Source: Octopus bimaculoides
Taxonomy: Eukaryota
Assembly: GCF_001194135.2 (NCBI RefSeq)
Contig: NC_068985.1
Location: 106,042,103 to 106,106,102, forward strand
Direction: 5' to 3'
DNA length: 64,000 nucleotides
Position numbers and translations under genes: made by a program. Position 1 is the stretch's first letter, and each line of letters opens with the position of its first letter. The notes below the pieces were generated by a model that worked only from the letters and a program-made list of their open reading frames with translations, had not been told where the DNA came from and did not search any database. Below are positions 1-10,656 of this stretch, in pieces.

Positions 1-1391
1 GCAGTTACAGCCCATGTTTCACTGCCATGTAGCATGGTTGTTCGTACGCATGGAGTGTAAAAGCTAATTTACAAGATTCTTCATTATTTTCAAAATTAAT
101 TGAAACAATGGCAGTATTTTTCAATAGATTTTCAATAAAGGGTTTATATAAGGAATAAGAAGATTGATATATCTGCAAGCTACTTGTAAATATTTCTGGC
201 AAAAAATGGACAAAATTTTGGTAAAAGCTAAGAATGGAGAGGGTTAGGAAATGGCAGGACATACATCTACTTTTTAATTGTTACTATCCATCATTTTCAC
301 TCTCTCTTTCAACATGAACAGCTTTATTGTTACACAACTCATGCTGTTTTCTAGTCAACCATCTTCCAGATACCAATACCCAGCATGTAGCTATTGTTCC
401 TTTTCCTTTACTCTCCCTTTACTGTCCTATCATTCCATTTCTCCCATTACACTCCTTTACTCTCATCTCTCGCCCTCTTAATCCCTCATTACTCTCTCCG
501 TTTGATCATGTGTGCTTCAAAAGAACACAGACAACAAAGTTGAGAGAACTCTTTAGTTTTCCCTTGTTCATCACCATTATATTCACACACACACCCTCAC
601 TCCTACCCTCTCGCCTGGATACCTCATCACTTCCATCTTTATCTCTCTGCCCAACTCTAACTTGATTATCCCCCACCAAATCTTGTATAAATGCAAGGAG
701 TCATTACCTCCTCTACAGCAAGAAGCCTGTCCTGGTCCCTTCTTTCATATTTTAATTTCTCATCACCTACCATAGAGCTGCTTTCCTCACTGCTGTAGAC
801 CCGCTCAGTCAAAAGTGTCTAAGTTTTGTGAGCTACACAGCAAGCTCATTAGTGCTAGTATCATAAAAAGCACTCAGTACACTGTGAAATGGTTGGTATT
901 AGGAAGGGCATCAAACTGTAGAAACCATGCCAAAGCTGACACTGGAGCACAACAGTTTTTTGACTTGTCACATGCTCGTGAACTTTTCAATTCATGGCGT
1001 TATGGATGGATGGGCGGTGGTGGTAGCAGTGGTGGTGCCTCAATGGAAAAGAAAACAACAAAGAAAACCTCCAGCCAGAAAAGACAGCTAAACTGCTTGA
1101 AAATGATGATCTCACTCACGTGTGGTATTTAACTTGATGTTGTATGTGCAAATGACATTTCAAAACATACTGAAAAATAATATCTTCCAGACTGCTGGAC
1201 AGAAGAAATGTACTTAAACAAAATGAATAAGTATTTCTGGCTAAATGTTAAAAAAAAAAGCCAAAGTCATGAAGTATGCAGTGAGTGTAGCCACCTTTGA
1301 CTTGAACAAACACAAGGAATTCATTTGCCATGTGAGTGGTACAGTATTAATATAGAAATGAATGGTGACAGGATAAAAACAATAAGTTTAA

Positions 1392-1707
1392 TCCTTTTGT
1401 TACCATATTTCTGTTGACATATACTGCCTTTGTTGCTATTCAATTTTCAAATAATGGGAACTTTACTAAAATAACTTTGACATTATTAAACCTTTTGCTA
1501 CCAAACTGCTTGATACTGCCCCTGGTCTTATGATACAAATTTCCTGTTTTGAAGTGATCTAAGTTAAAACCTTCCTTCTAAGTTTCATGTTAATTTATGT
1601 TACAAACACCAGCTTGATAATCATAAGGTCAAGTTACTAAATTCTTCGTTATTTTCAAAATTAATTAAAACAAAGTCTATTGCAATAAAAATATGGTAAC
1701 AAAAGGA
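1392..1707. mobile_element. TTAA-flanked (piggyBac-like) MITE
   Basis: TTAA at 1388-1391 and 1708-1711; 19-bp TIR TCCTTTTGTTACCATATTT / AAATATGGTAACAAAAGGA. Related fragments at 1-200 and 28250-28420. Confidence 0.8.
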
Positions 1708-1736
1708 TTAAGCTGGTGGTTACAACATAAATTAAT

Positions 1737-2105
1737 GTGGAATTTTACGAGGATAGCTGCGTGAAAAAGTGCCACACCCTAACAGTTGAGGGAACCCGTG
1801 GAAGAGGTAGGCCCAGGAAGACCTGGGCTGAGGTGGTGAGGCAAGACCTTCGAACATTGGGCCTCACCGAGGCGATGACTTCTGACAAAGACCTTTGGAA
1901 ANNNNNNNNNNGGCCTCACCGAGGCGATGACTTCTGACAAAGACCTTTGGAAATGTGCTGTGCGTGAGAAGACCCGGCAAGCCAAGTGAGACCTAAATCC
2001 AAGGCCTCTGCCAGGGGTGTAGCCAGCCTACTCATGCGTACCTTTCCTACATTGGACACTAAACTCCACTTGCGTTTAACGTCGATGGTGATGATGATGA
2101 TGATG
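1737..2105 (+). mobile_element. RTE-clade LINE 3' fragment
   Basis: C-terminal RTE peptide VEGTRGRGRPRKTWAEVVRQDL..LGLTEAMTSDKDLWKCAVREKTRQAK*, then a 3'UTR ending in (GAT)n. Confidence 0.85.
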
Positions 2106-2106
2106 A

Positions 2107-2462
2107 CAGCTGTGGAGAGAACCTGCAGAAGAGGTAGACCCAGGAAAATATGGGATAAAGTGATGGAGTATGATCTTCAAATGTTGAGTCTCGTGGAGGT
2201 GATAACAAGCGATTGAGATCTTTGGTGATTTGCTCTGCTCGAAAAGAAACGTCAAACCAAGTCAAATTGTAGTCATGGCCAGTGCCAGTGACACATAAAA
2301 TATACCCACTACACTCTTGGAGTGGTTGGTGTTAAGAAGGGCATCCAGCTGTAGAAACCAGCTCACTAGTCTCAGTTAAACCATCTAACCCATGCCAGCA
2401 TGGAAAACGGACACTAAATTATGATGATGATGATGATGATGATAATGATGATGATAATGATG
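2107..2462 (+). mobile_element. Second RTE LINE 3' fragment
   Basis: CRRGRPRKIWDKVMEYDLQMLSL peptide, family 3'UTR (gggcatccagctgtagaaacc) and (GAT)n tail. Confidence 0.75.
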
Positions 2463-2665
2463 GAAGGTTTTAATTTAGATCACTTTAAAACAGGAAGTTT
2501 ATATCACAGAATTAGGGGCAGTGTCAGGTGGGTTGGTTAAAAACAAAAATTTTTTAGAACAAAAATAGTGAAACTCACGACTGATACCCAGAGCAAAGCC
2601 GTTTTGGGGCCCTCCATCCATCAATTATTAAAACCAAACATAACAAGCAAAAGATAAGGGGACAC

Positions 2666-2696
<31 letters not shown>

Positions 2697-2727
2697 GACA
2701 AGGAGAGTGATAAATGTATGATCTTAC

Positions 2728-2910
2728 CTGTTGTAAACGTAGTGTACCTGAACTGATATTACGATTACTCCGGTTCATTAATTCAATATCAAAGTCAATG
2801 ACTTCACCAACGGCAAAGCGATTCTTCTTGACACACAACTTAGCAAAAATGTTTCCATCAGACAGACAACAGCAGCTGGCATCCATGATATCTTGGACTT
2901 TAATTTCAAG
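2728..2910 (-). CDS. Alpha-arrestin coding exon 4 (start of arrestin_C domain)
   Basis: Acceptor tgtctgacag, donor CAG|GTAAGA, 183 bp, phase 0 to 0. Encodes LEIKVQDIMDASCCCLSDGNIFAKLCVKKNRFAVGEVIDFDIELMNRSNRNISSGTLRLQQ (GE.I....EL.N.S.R.I motif). Remaining exons not found in the window. Confidence 0.92.
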
Positions 2911-4082
2911 CTGTCAGACAATGGAGAATAGACAGACATGAATGAAACCAACAATTGAGTAGGAGACAAACATATTTAATGCAGGGTATCAAAATACTAA
3001 TCTATCCTTCATGGTAGTGCTCCAGCATGGCTGCAGTCTAATGATTGAAACAAGTAAAAGATAAAAGTTGACTAGGAATAAACATATTACATCTGCAACA
3101 AGGACTGATACTGCTCTTTGGTGAAAATGATGGTGGTATTGGTGGTGGGGAGCTCAGGTCAATCATTACTGAGAATATCTATTATCAAAAGAGTGGACAT
3201 AGGCTTCTAGGTTCAATCCCAGAGCACAGCACCTGGGGCAAGTGACTTTTGCCATAATATATATGCATGTGTATATGTATGCATGCATACATGTATGCAA
3301 CAATGTATATAGACATACACAGACACGTGTGTGTGGATGTATGCCAGCATGTATATGCACATACATACACGTGTGCATGTGTATATCAGCAAAGGATGTA
3401 AACATCAACATGGAAACTTAGAAAAACAGTGCTTTTCCTAATGATATTTGTTCTGCACTGAGTTACAGACACTCCCTTGTCACTTTCACTGTCACAAATG
3501 TAGTAACCCAAAGATTAGCCCAACAGGAACCTCTAACCAACAACACTATTGTTAAGCAATCGTAATATAATATATAAAAAAAAATAAAAGCATTCAAACC
3601 ATGATCAACCACATCGTTTCTTTAAGCATAATGTATCTAGGACTACAATATCCAATGTACCATCTCCTTTTTCAGATAGTAGGATGTGATTTGAAGGAGA
3701 TTTGGCTGCACTTTCTAGCAGATTGAGTGACCATACAGACACCTCATTGGAGCATGGTTGTATTGGTGAGAATGGTGGTAGTGGTGGTGGTGAAGATGAT
3801 GCTATGGTGTGGATTGTGGTGGTGATGGTAGCGATGTTGTTGGTAGTGTTGCTGTTGGTGGGGGTAGTTTTAATGGTGAAGACGATTGGTAGTGACAATG
3901 ATGTTGATAGTGGTGCTGATTGTAATGATGTTGGTTATACCGCTGTTGATGATGATGGGGGTGGGGTGATGGTTGTTTTGATGGTGGTAATTTTGTTGTT
4001 GACAGTGGTGATAGTAGTGATTGTGATGATGATGATGATAAGAGTGACACTGAATGGTGACGTGATGGTACTGGGTACTTAC

Positions 4083-4300
4083 TGAGGGACCTGGTTCAGC
4101 GTTCAGATCAAGAGGCCTGAAAATCTTGATAACTTTTTCATTTTCTATGTAGGACTTCCAGAAACGTTGTATAACAGCAATCAACTTGTATTTTACTTTA
4201 CCCCGATCACCAGAACAGGATGATGGTACCATTGGGGGGATATTAAATGTGAATGGGTACCTGTATTCGCCAGAGTCCATACGGTGTAGTTCAAGTTGAT
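4083..4300 (-). CDS. Alpha-arrestin coding exon 3
   Basis: Acceptor ttctcttttag, donor A|GTAAGT, 218 bp, phase 1 to 0. Encodes (D)QLELHRMDSGEYRYPFTFNIPPMVPSSCSGDRGKVKYKLIAVIQRFWKSYIENEKVIKIFRPLDLNAEPGPS, with hallmark G.Y.YPF.F.IP...PSS..G..G.V.Y and PLDLN motifs. Confidence 0.95.
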
Positions 4301-4320
4301 CTAAAAGAGAAAACACACAC

Positions 4321-5204
4321 AATTATTATTATTATTATTATTATTATTCAGTAGTTTTATTTTTATAACGTGCTTTCACTTCACTACCGAGCGCAGCTCT
4401 GTGCGCCTTGGGTATGTGCTGTGGTTTGCTGTGGTGCTCTTATGTTTACTGTATTGAAAGTGTTTTGCGTAGAATGTGTGCAGTACCCAGTAGTGCAATT
4501 TTCTGTATGTTATATATATTTGTAAGTCCTGGGGTTTTTGTTATGTATTTGTCTGAATATTTTTTTATTATACCTAAGGCACCTACTATGATAGGAATTG
4601 TTTCTGTTTTTAGATTCCACATTCGAGTTATCTCTATTTCCAGGTCTTTGTATTTTGAAAGTTTTTCCATTTCTTTTAGNNNNNNNNNNNNNNNNNNNNN
4701 NNNNNNNNNNNNNNNNNNNNNNNNNNNNNNNNNNNNNNNNNNNNNNNNNNNNNNNNNNNNNNNNNNNNNNNNNNNNNNNNNNNNNNNNNNNNNNNNNNNN
4801 NNNNNNNNNNNNNCTGGCGTGTGTTTATACCATCTTTTTTCTGTTGCTATTCCATAATGTTGGCATAGCTTCCAGTGTATATAGGTCCCAGCTCTGTCGT
4901 GTCTGTGAATATATTCCTTCTTAGCCAGGACTGGGCAGCCAGAGATAATATGATTTATTGTTTCTTGTCGATCTCCACATATTCTACAGTTACTTGTTAT
5001 ATTTCTTTTCATTATGTGTTTTTGGTAATTTCTGGTGGGGAGGCTTTGGTCTTGTGCAGCAATTAAAAATCCTTCAGTCTCTGCTTTGAGTCCTGAGCTT
5101 CTCAGCCATTGCTGGGATTTTTCTCTGTCTATTTCTTTCGCATTTAGTTTAGCCCAGTATTTACCATGTAGGGGCTTTTCTTGCCATCGTTTTATCATGG
5201 TCCA
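4321..5204 (-). mobile_element. 5'-truncated R4/Dong-like (RLE-type) non-LTR retrotransposon, 3' end
   Basis: ORF 5198-4446 carries the CCHC finger CRICGDRQETINHIISGC, YIHRHD..G..IHWKLC and the C-terminal KYKDLEIEITRMW..PIIVGALG..LLGTAHILR. (TAA)n runs flank both ends (4321-4348, 5204-5221), consistent with the known (TAA)n targeting of Dong elements. Confidence 0.88.
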
Positions 5205-5221
5205 TTATTATTATTATTATT

Positions 5222-5460
5222 AGGTTAGTGAGCTAGCAGAATCGTTAGTATGCCGGGCAAAATGCTTTGCGGTATTTCGTCCATCTTTATGTTCTGAGTT
5301 CAAATTCCGCCAAGGTCGGCTTTGCCTTTCATCCATTCAGGGACAATTGAATAAGTACCAGTTATAGACTGGAGTCAATGTAATCAACTTAGTCCTTTCC
5401 CCCAAATTTGAGGCCTTGTGCTTCCAGTAGAAAGGATTATTATAATTATTATTATTATTA

Positions 5461-5512
<52 letters not shown>
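5222..5512 (+). mobile_element. tRNA-derived SINE with (ATT)n tail
   Basis: A-box-like gagctagcagaatcgtta and B-box-like gagttcaaattcc; body aagtaccag..gtcaatgtaatcaactt; (ATT)n tail. Confidence 0.8.
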
Positions 5513-5706
5513 ATTCAGGGAGCTGCCACCTTTGTTGGTAACAAAGGACCTCTTCCCCAAAGTGAAATGCAAATTGTATGATGCCTGTGCATGAACAGCA
5601 ATGCTACATGGCAGTGAGACATGGGCTATGACTACTGAGGACATGCAAATACTTGAAAGAAACAAAGCCAGCATGCTTGGCTCAATGGGTAATGTCAGTG
5701 TGCATG
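5511..5706 (+). mobile_element. RTE LINE internal fragment
   Basis: Translates KFRELPPLLVTK..KVKCKLYDAC..TAMLHGSETWAMTTEDMQILERN, an RTE post-RT motif. Confidence 0.8.
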
Positions 5707-7166
5707 TATGAGTGTCTCCCTATTATTATCACTTATCACCTCCTCCCATTCCTATTTGCTTCACCCCCCACCTCACACCCCACCAACTGATATGCAGCCA
5801 TTGACCATACCTTCACCTGTGTGCCCCATTCACTGCATCCAACTCCATCCCCATCTCTAACCACCTGTCACTCTCCTTTCACATTCTCATGAACCTACCT
5901 ACACGCCCACTCTTTCTGATCTTCTAGCCCAATTCTCTATGATATTCACCTTGCTCTTTGAGGTTACTTCCACACCATGTCTTTTCTCTCTTTCCAGCAA
6001 AGAAAGCCATGTATTTCCTCTGCAGCTAGACACCTGTTTCTGTCCTTATCAACACCTGCAATAAAGCCATCTTCCTCAATACTACATCTCCCGTAGTTGA
6101 GGAGTGTTGCCTTGCAAGTTACTTGGTGACTTCACAAATACCACAAAAAAAAAAAGGACCTCCAGCTACAGAAACTATGCTAAACCCTCTGGCTCAACAG
6201 CTCCCATCAAACCATTTCAAATAACAGCAATAGTGATGATGATTTTATATATACATACATGTATATATATATCATCATCATCATTTAACATCCATCTTCC
6301 ATGCATGCATAGGTAGGATGGTTGACAGGAGCCAGCCAGGTAGAAAACTACCCTAGGCTACTGTGTCTGTTTTGGCAGGGTTTTNNNNNNNNNNNNNNNN
6401 NNNNNNNNNNNNNNNNNNNNNNNNNNNNNNNNNNNNNNNNNNNNNNNNNNNNNNNNNNNNNNNNNNNNNNNNNNNNNNNNNNNNNNNNNNNNNNNNNNNN
6501 NNNNNNNNNNNNNNNNNNNNNNNNNNNNNNNNNNNNNNNNNNNNNNNNNNNNNNNNNNNNNNNTATATATACTCACACACACGTGTGTGTGTAGGTGTGT
6601 TTGTACATTTTGTTTTGACGTAACATAGTAGTTGTAAACAAGCATCACCATCAGACAAGAGGTGTTATTTGTTTCCAATCTTCCATGGAAACATGTTTGT
6701 TCATGGGGAAATATTACCTTGCTTGGAAACAGGTCAGGGCTGGCAACAGAAATGATATCCAGCAGTCAAAAATCTGCTTCAATGAATTTTGTCAAATCCA
6801 TGTAAGCATGGGAAAATGAACATTAAAATATGTGCGACTGTATAGAATTGAATAACAGTTTGGGGGAGGAGAAGTGTAGGAAACAGAAGTAGGTCAGAGA
6901 GGAAGAAGAGGTATGATAAATGATATCATTTGGGATAAATGATATCATTTGCATCACCTGAGTGAATAGTACTGCAGATATTGGAGCTCAGCATAGCTCA
7001 CTGGCTTCTTGGTTCCTGTTGAATCATTCAACCCATACCAACATAGAAAGAGGGAAATTAAATGATGACGCTGACGCTGATGCTGATAATGATGTTGATA
7101 ATGATAGGAGTTACTATACAAAAGGTGTGGTTGTGGATAAGAACATAATGGCTGGGTGTGACTTAC

Positions 7167-7295
7167 CAGGAGTTCCATATAAAGGAATTTTCTCATCGAT
7201 ATAAGTACTGGAAGATGCATACACGATATCATCATTGTTAGAATCGGAAGATGTCCATTTAGCTTTGCCATAGCCTTTAAATGCTAATGTAATAC
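7167..7295 (-). CDS. Alpha-arrestin coding exon 2
   Basis: Acceptor tttctttgcag, donor G|GTAAGT, 129 bp, phase 1 to 1. Encodes (G)ITLAFKGYGKAKWTSSDSNNDDIVYASSSTYIDEKIPLYGTP, matching the arrestin_N motif I.L.F.G.....W......Y.....Y. Confidence 0.92.
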
Positions 7296-8187
7296 CTGCA
7301 AAGAAATATGACACATTGTGAATTGTTATTTAGCCTTGTGAGCTGTTCCAGCTGTGACAACTTCATCTTTTATTCAGTCATAGTATATCTAGGATTACAT
7401 CATCCAATATGTTCTCCCTTGTTATTGATAGTTAGCTCTAGACACAGTATACTTAAGACTATATTTATCCAGTATGTTCTGCTTCGTTGTTTGGCTCTTG
7501 GTTAATCAAGCAAACCTACAGTCAAGCAAACTGACAATCAAGCAAACCTACAATCAAAATTGTTCCAAATATGACCATCACATCTTTTTTTCCTAGATAT
7601 GATATATCAAGGATTATATTATCACATGTATCATTCTTTGCCAGTGTTTAGACACTGGTCAGCCATAATCCAACAGACTTATGATCAAAGGTGTTATTTT
7701 ATTCAAGAAAAGTGCATCTGGGACTACATTATCCAATATATTGTTAAGATTCTTATTTTTAAAAAATTAGGATGTAATTTAAGGGCCTTAGAGAATATTT
7801 CTAATGTGACCATGCACATAGTATATTGCTGGTTCACAATTCTATAACTCTTCAAAGCATTTGATCTCACACCCAACACCTTCAACTCATGAATCATATT
7901 AGGGCTGACCTGGGGGTTAAGCAACAACAGCAATATAGCATTTCTCTATTGTGGTGGGGTGAGAAAAATGTCTAACAACTCATTAACATCTTGAAAGCCA
8001 TGATAAGTTCCTACACAGCTTCCTGATTATTTGCAGACTTGAACACTTAAACCTGCTTAATTCATTTAGTTAAATTCCTACACACTGACATATCCTATAA
8101 ATGGGATAATTTCATATACATAGGCTCAGGTGTGACTGTGTGGTTCAGAAGCTTGCTTCCCAACTATATGGTCTCAGGTTCAATTAC

Positions 8188-8439
8188 AGGTAAGTTCACT
8201 GCCATCAATTCACTGCAAGGAAAGCTCACCACAAGGAAAGTTCACCACATGGAAAGCTCACTGTAGGCAAAGTTCACTGCCATCAATTCACCGCAAGGTA
8301 AGTTTACCAAGAAAATATCTCCATAGTATCTCACCATTAATAGGTAAAAACTATTTTACTGAAAAAAAAAATGTTGATTTGATGATGGTGAACTTTCCCT
8401 GCGGTGAGTTGATAACAGTGAACTTACCAGACATGCTCT
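8188..8439. mobile_element. Foldback-type MITE with ~15-bp subterminal repeats, inserted into a tRNA-derived SINE
   Basis: Inverted ends GGTAAGTTCACTGCCATCAATTCACTGCAAGGAAAG / CTTTCCCTGCGGTGAGTTGATAACAGTGAACTTACC; repeated GGNAAG(T/C)TCAC units; flanks GGTTCAATTAC (8177-8187) and GGTTCAGTTAC (8440-8450). Confidence 0.7.
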
Positions 8440-9166
8440 GGTTCAGTTACACTGCATGGTACGTTGAGCAAGTGTCTTCTACTATAGTTATGCTTAGTGT
8501 ACCTTTTTAAGTAGTTGTTATGTCTAGCACCCACCTAATTGGCAAGAGAGGTATCACAACTAAACTAACTTAACATAGATGATAATTTATAAATTTTACT
8601 CTAAAAATGGATTTTATAAGCTTTTAACATTGTAATGATAAAAAATTAATAAAGACACAAGTTGTAAATTTACTTTGTACATTGCAAGTTAATCACTTCT
8701 CTACGCCTGATAAGATCTCATTTTATTTTAATAACCATTACTAGTTTTATCATGTATAGTATAATTACTACTGTAGATAAAATTTAGTATGTCAACTATG
8801 ATACCTCAATGCTCCTAAAGCCTAATGCCCACTTCAACATGCCCAGTAACCCCTTAGAGGCAATACCACCCACATTGAGAACCTCAGCTGTACAGGGTTG
8901 CACGATCTGTTAGAAATAACAGCCCAATTTCCCTCTAGTCACACCCTGCAATCTTAAAAAATATAGAGTATATTGGACAATGTTTCATAAATATCACTAT
9001 CATTTTAACATACACTTTTCCATTCTTGCATAGGTCAGACAGAATTCATTTCTATGGCTGGATGCTCTTTCTATTACCAACTTTCATCTGTTTCCAACCA
9101 ACATTATATTTCCCCATGGCCAGACACATTTTCATGCAAGACTGGAAATGAAGGACACCATTTGCA

Positions 9167-9750
9167 TGAGGGCAGGCTGAGAAGTTCATAGGCTGACTAT
9201 GAAGGAGTGATACTAGAGCTGTGAAATTTTGCATGCATTAATTTCAATTCTTTTTACAAATAACTGCATTGTTTCTTTCCAGATAAACTGACATCTCACT
9301 GTGGCATCACAGTGTTATCAAATACCTGCAGAAAAATGCTGTAGCCTCCATGGATATTTATGCTGACACGGTTGCTACATTCAGGGATGACACTCTACCT
9401 TTATCAACAGTGCAATAGTGAGAAGCTGAATCTAGGAGAGGAAGGGAGAGTCTTGAAGATGACCCAGCATCTGGATGTCCTATAACTGCCACCACCAAGG
9501 AAAACATTGATAGTGTTTACTATATGATGATGGATGATAGGTAATTAACTATAAATCAAATAGCCAATGCTATTAGCATATCTGTGAAGCAGTTGAGAAT
9601 ATTCTACACAATGAATTTGGCATGACAAAGGTTTCTGCTTGATGGGTGCCATGTCTTCTGACAACTGATCAAAACTGCACCGGGAAGATCACATCACAGG
9701 AAAATCTGACATTGTTTCAAGCATTTCCAGCTGGTTTGTTTGGATGTTTC
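9167..9750 (+). mobile_element. Mariner transposon, 5' half
   Basis: TIR-like TGAGGGCAGGCTGAGAAGTTCATAGGCTGAC, then degraded transposase HTH region (SVIKYLQK..LSTVQ..RRGRESLEDDP.SG.P.TATTKENID..WVP). Homologous to 40030-41275. Confidence 0.85.
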
Positions 9751-9784
9751 ATGATATCATTATTTCTCTTCTATTTTAACAAAA

Positions 9785-9822
9785 CTGTCCGACGAATGGG
9801 AACGTGAAACTCTGAGTAACAG
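9785..9822 (+). ncRNA. Minimal hammerhead motif (core U4 replaced by C)
   Basis: CUGU-CCGACGA-AUG(GGAA)CGU-GAAA-C-UCUGA-GUA-ACAG: stem I CUGU/ACAG, GNRA-capped stem II, GUA triplet. Sits in a ~175-bp segment ending in (TA)n. Confidence 0.5.
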
Positions 9823-9944
9823 CTTTTGTTATATTTCTGCTGCTTTTAAATAAAGCATATTACTCTACTTCTGGTATTTGAGTACTCTTTTTTCCACTTT
9901 GTTTCACATTTATGTGCTTACTCCAGTATATATATATATATATG

Positions 9945-10413
9945 AGACAATGACTACTGACCGAGACCTTTGGAAATGTGCTGTGCGTGAGAAGACCCGG
10001 CAAGCCAAGTGAGATCGTTGCCAGTGCCCCTGGACTGGCTCTTGTGCGGGTGGCACATGGGATGCACCATTTTGAGCGTGGCCATTGCCAGTACCGCCTG
10101 ACTGGCTTTCATAGGATTTTCGAGCGAGATCGTTGCCAGTGCCCCTGGACTGGCTCTTGTGCGGGTGGCACATAAAAGACACCATTTTGAGCGTGGCCGT
10201 TGCCAGTACCGCCTGACTGGCTCTCGTGCGGGTGACACGTAAAAGCACCCACTACACTCTCTGAGTGGTTGGCGTTAGGAAGGGCATCCAGCTGTAGAAA
10301 CTCTGCCAAATTAGATTGCAGCCTGGTGTTGCCATCCGGTTTCACCAGTCCTCAGTCAAATCGTCCAACCCATGCTAGCATGGAAAGCGAACGTTAAACG
10401 ATGATGATGATGA
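9945..10413 (+). mobile_element. RTE LINE 3' end with tandem hairpin modules in the 3'UTR
   Basis: Begins with the ORF end (MTTDRDLWKCAVREKTRQAK*), continues with repeated GCCAGT..ACTGGC modules and the conserved 3'UTR, and ends in a (GAT)n tail. Confidence 0.85.
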
Positions 10414-10538
10414 TATATAAAGAAAGAAAGAAAAAAGAAAAAATACTAGATGGTCATGGGCTGACTTGGAGCCAGGTAATGACAAGAAAGAAAATAAGGA
10501 AGAAACAATAAAGGAAATTTCTGTAAATGGCCACTTAC

Positions 10539-10656
10539 CAGACACATCTAGTGGGTAAGCCAGATCAATTTTAACCTGGCCACTTAATGTAGTGCCAGAA
10601 TAATGACATTCTTGATTGTCAGCTAATTCTATCTCAAACAATTCAGTTGCCCCCAT
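10539..10656 (-). CDS. Alpha-arrestin (arrestin domain-containing protein) coding exon 1
   Basis: ATG at 10656 gives MGATELFEIELADNQECHYSGTTLSGQVKIDLAYPLDVS(G), typical of the arrestin_N start (..YSG.T.SG.V.I.L..P). Donor G|GTAAGT at 10538, phase 1. A long polypyrimidine tract and CAG acceptors lie upstream (~10690-10750), implying an upstream non-coding exon. ARRDC/TXNIP-like; paralog not assignable. Confidence 0.9.

Noticed and set aside
1120-1169. Possible arrestin exon 5 (tttttcag..|GTGAGT, 50 bp, YVLKCHLHIQHQVKYH)
   Set aside because: Splice signals and phase fit, but the peptide does not resemble the expected arrestin_C continuation; needs RNA-seq.
1860-1951. Tandem duplication of ~41 bp around a 10-N gap
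   Set aside because: Identical sequence on both sides of a minimal gap is the signature of overlapping contig ends.
3605-4085. His/Ser/Val-rich ORFs over GGT/GAT tracts (also 27004-27419 minus, 29262-29523, 58087-58299)
   Set aside because: Stop-free only because of trinucleotide low complexity; no splice or homology support.
5222-5330. tRNA genes at SINE heads
   Set aside because: Only A/B-box-like motifs followed by SINE bodies and tails; no complete cloverleaf could be drawn.
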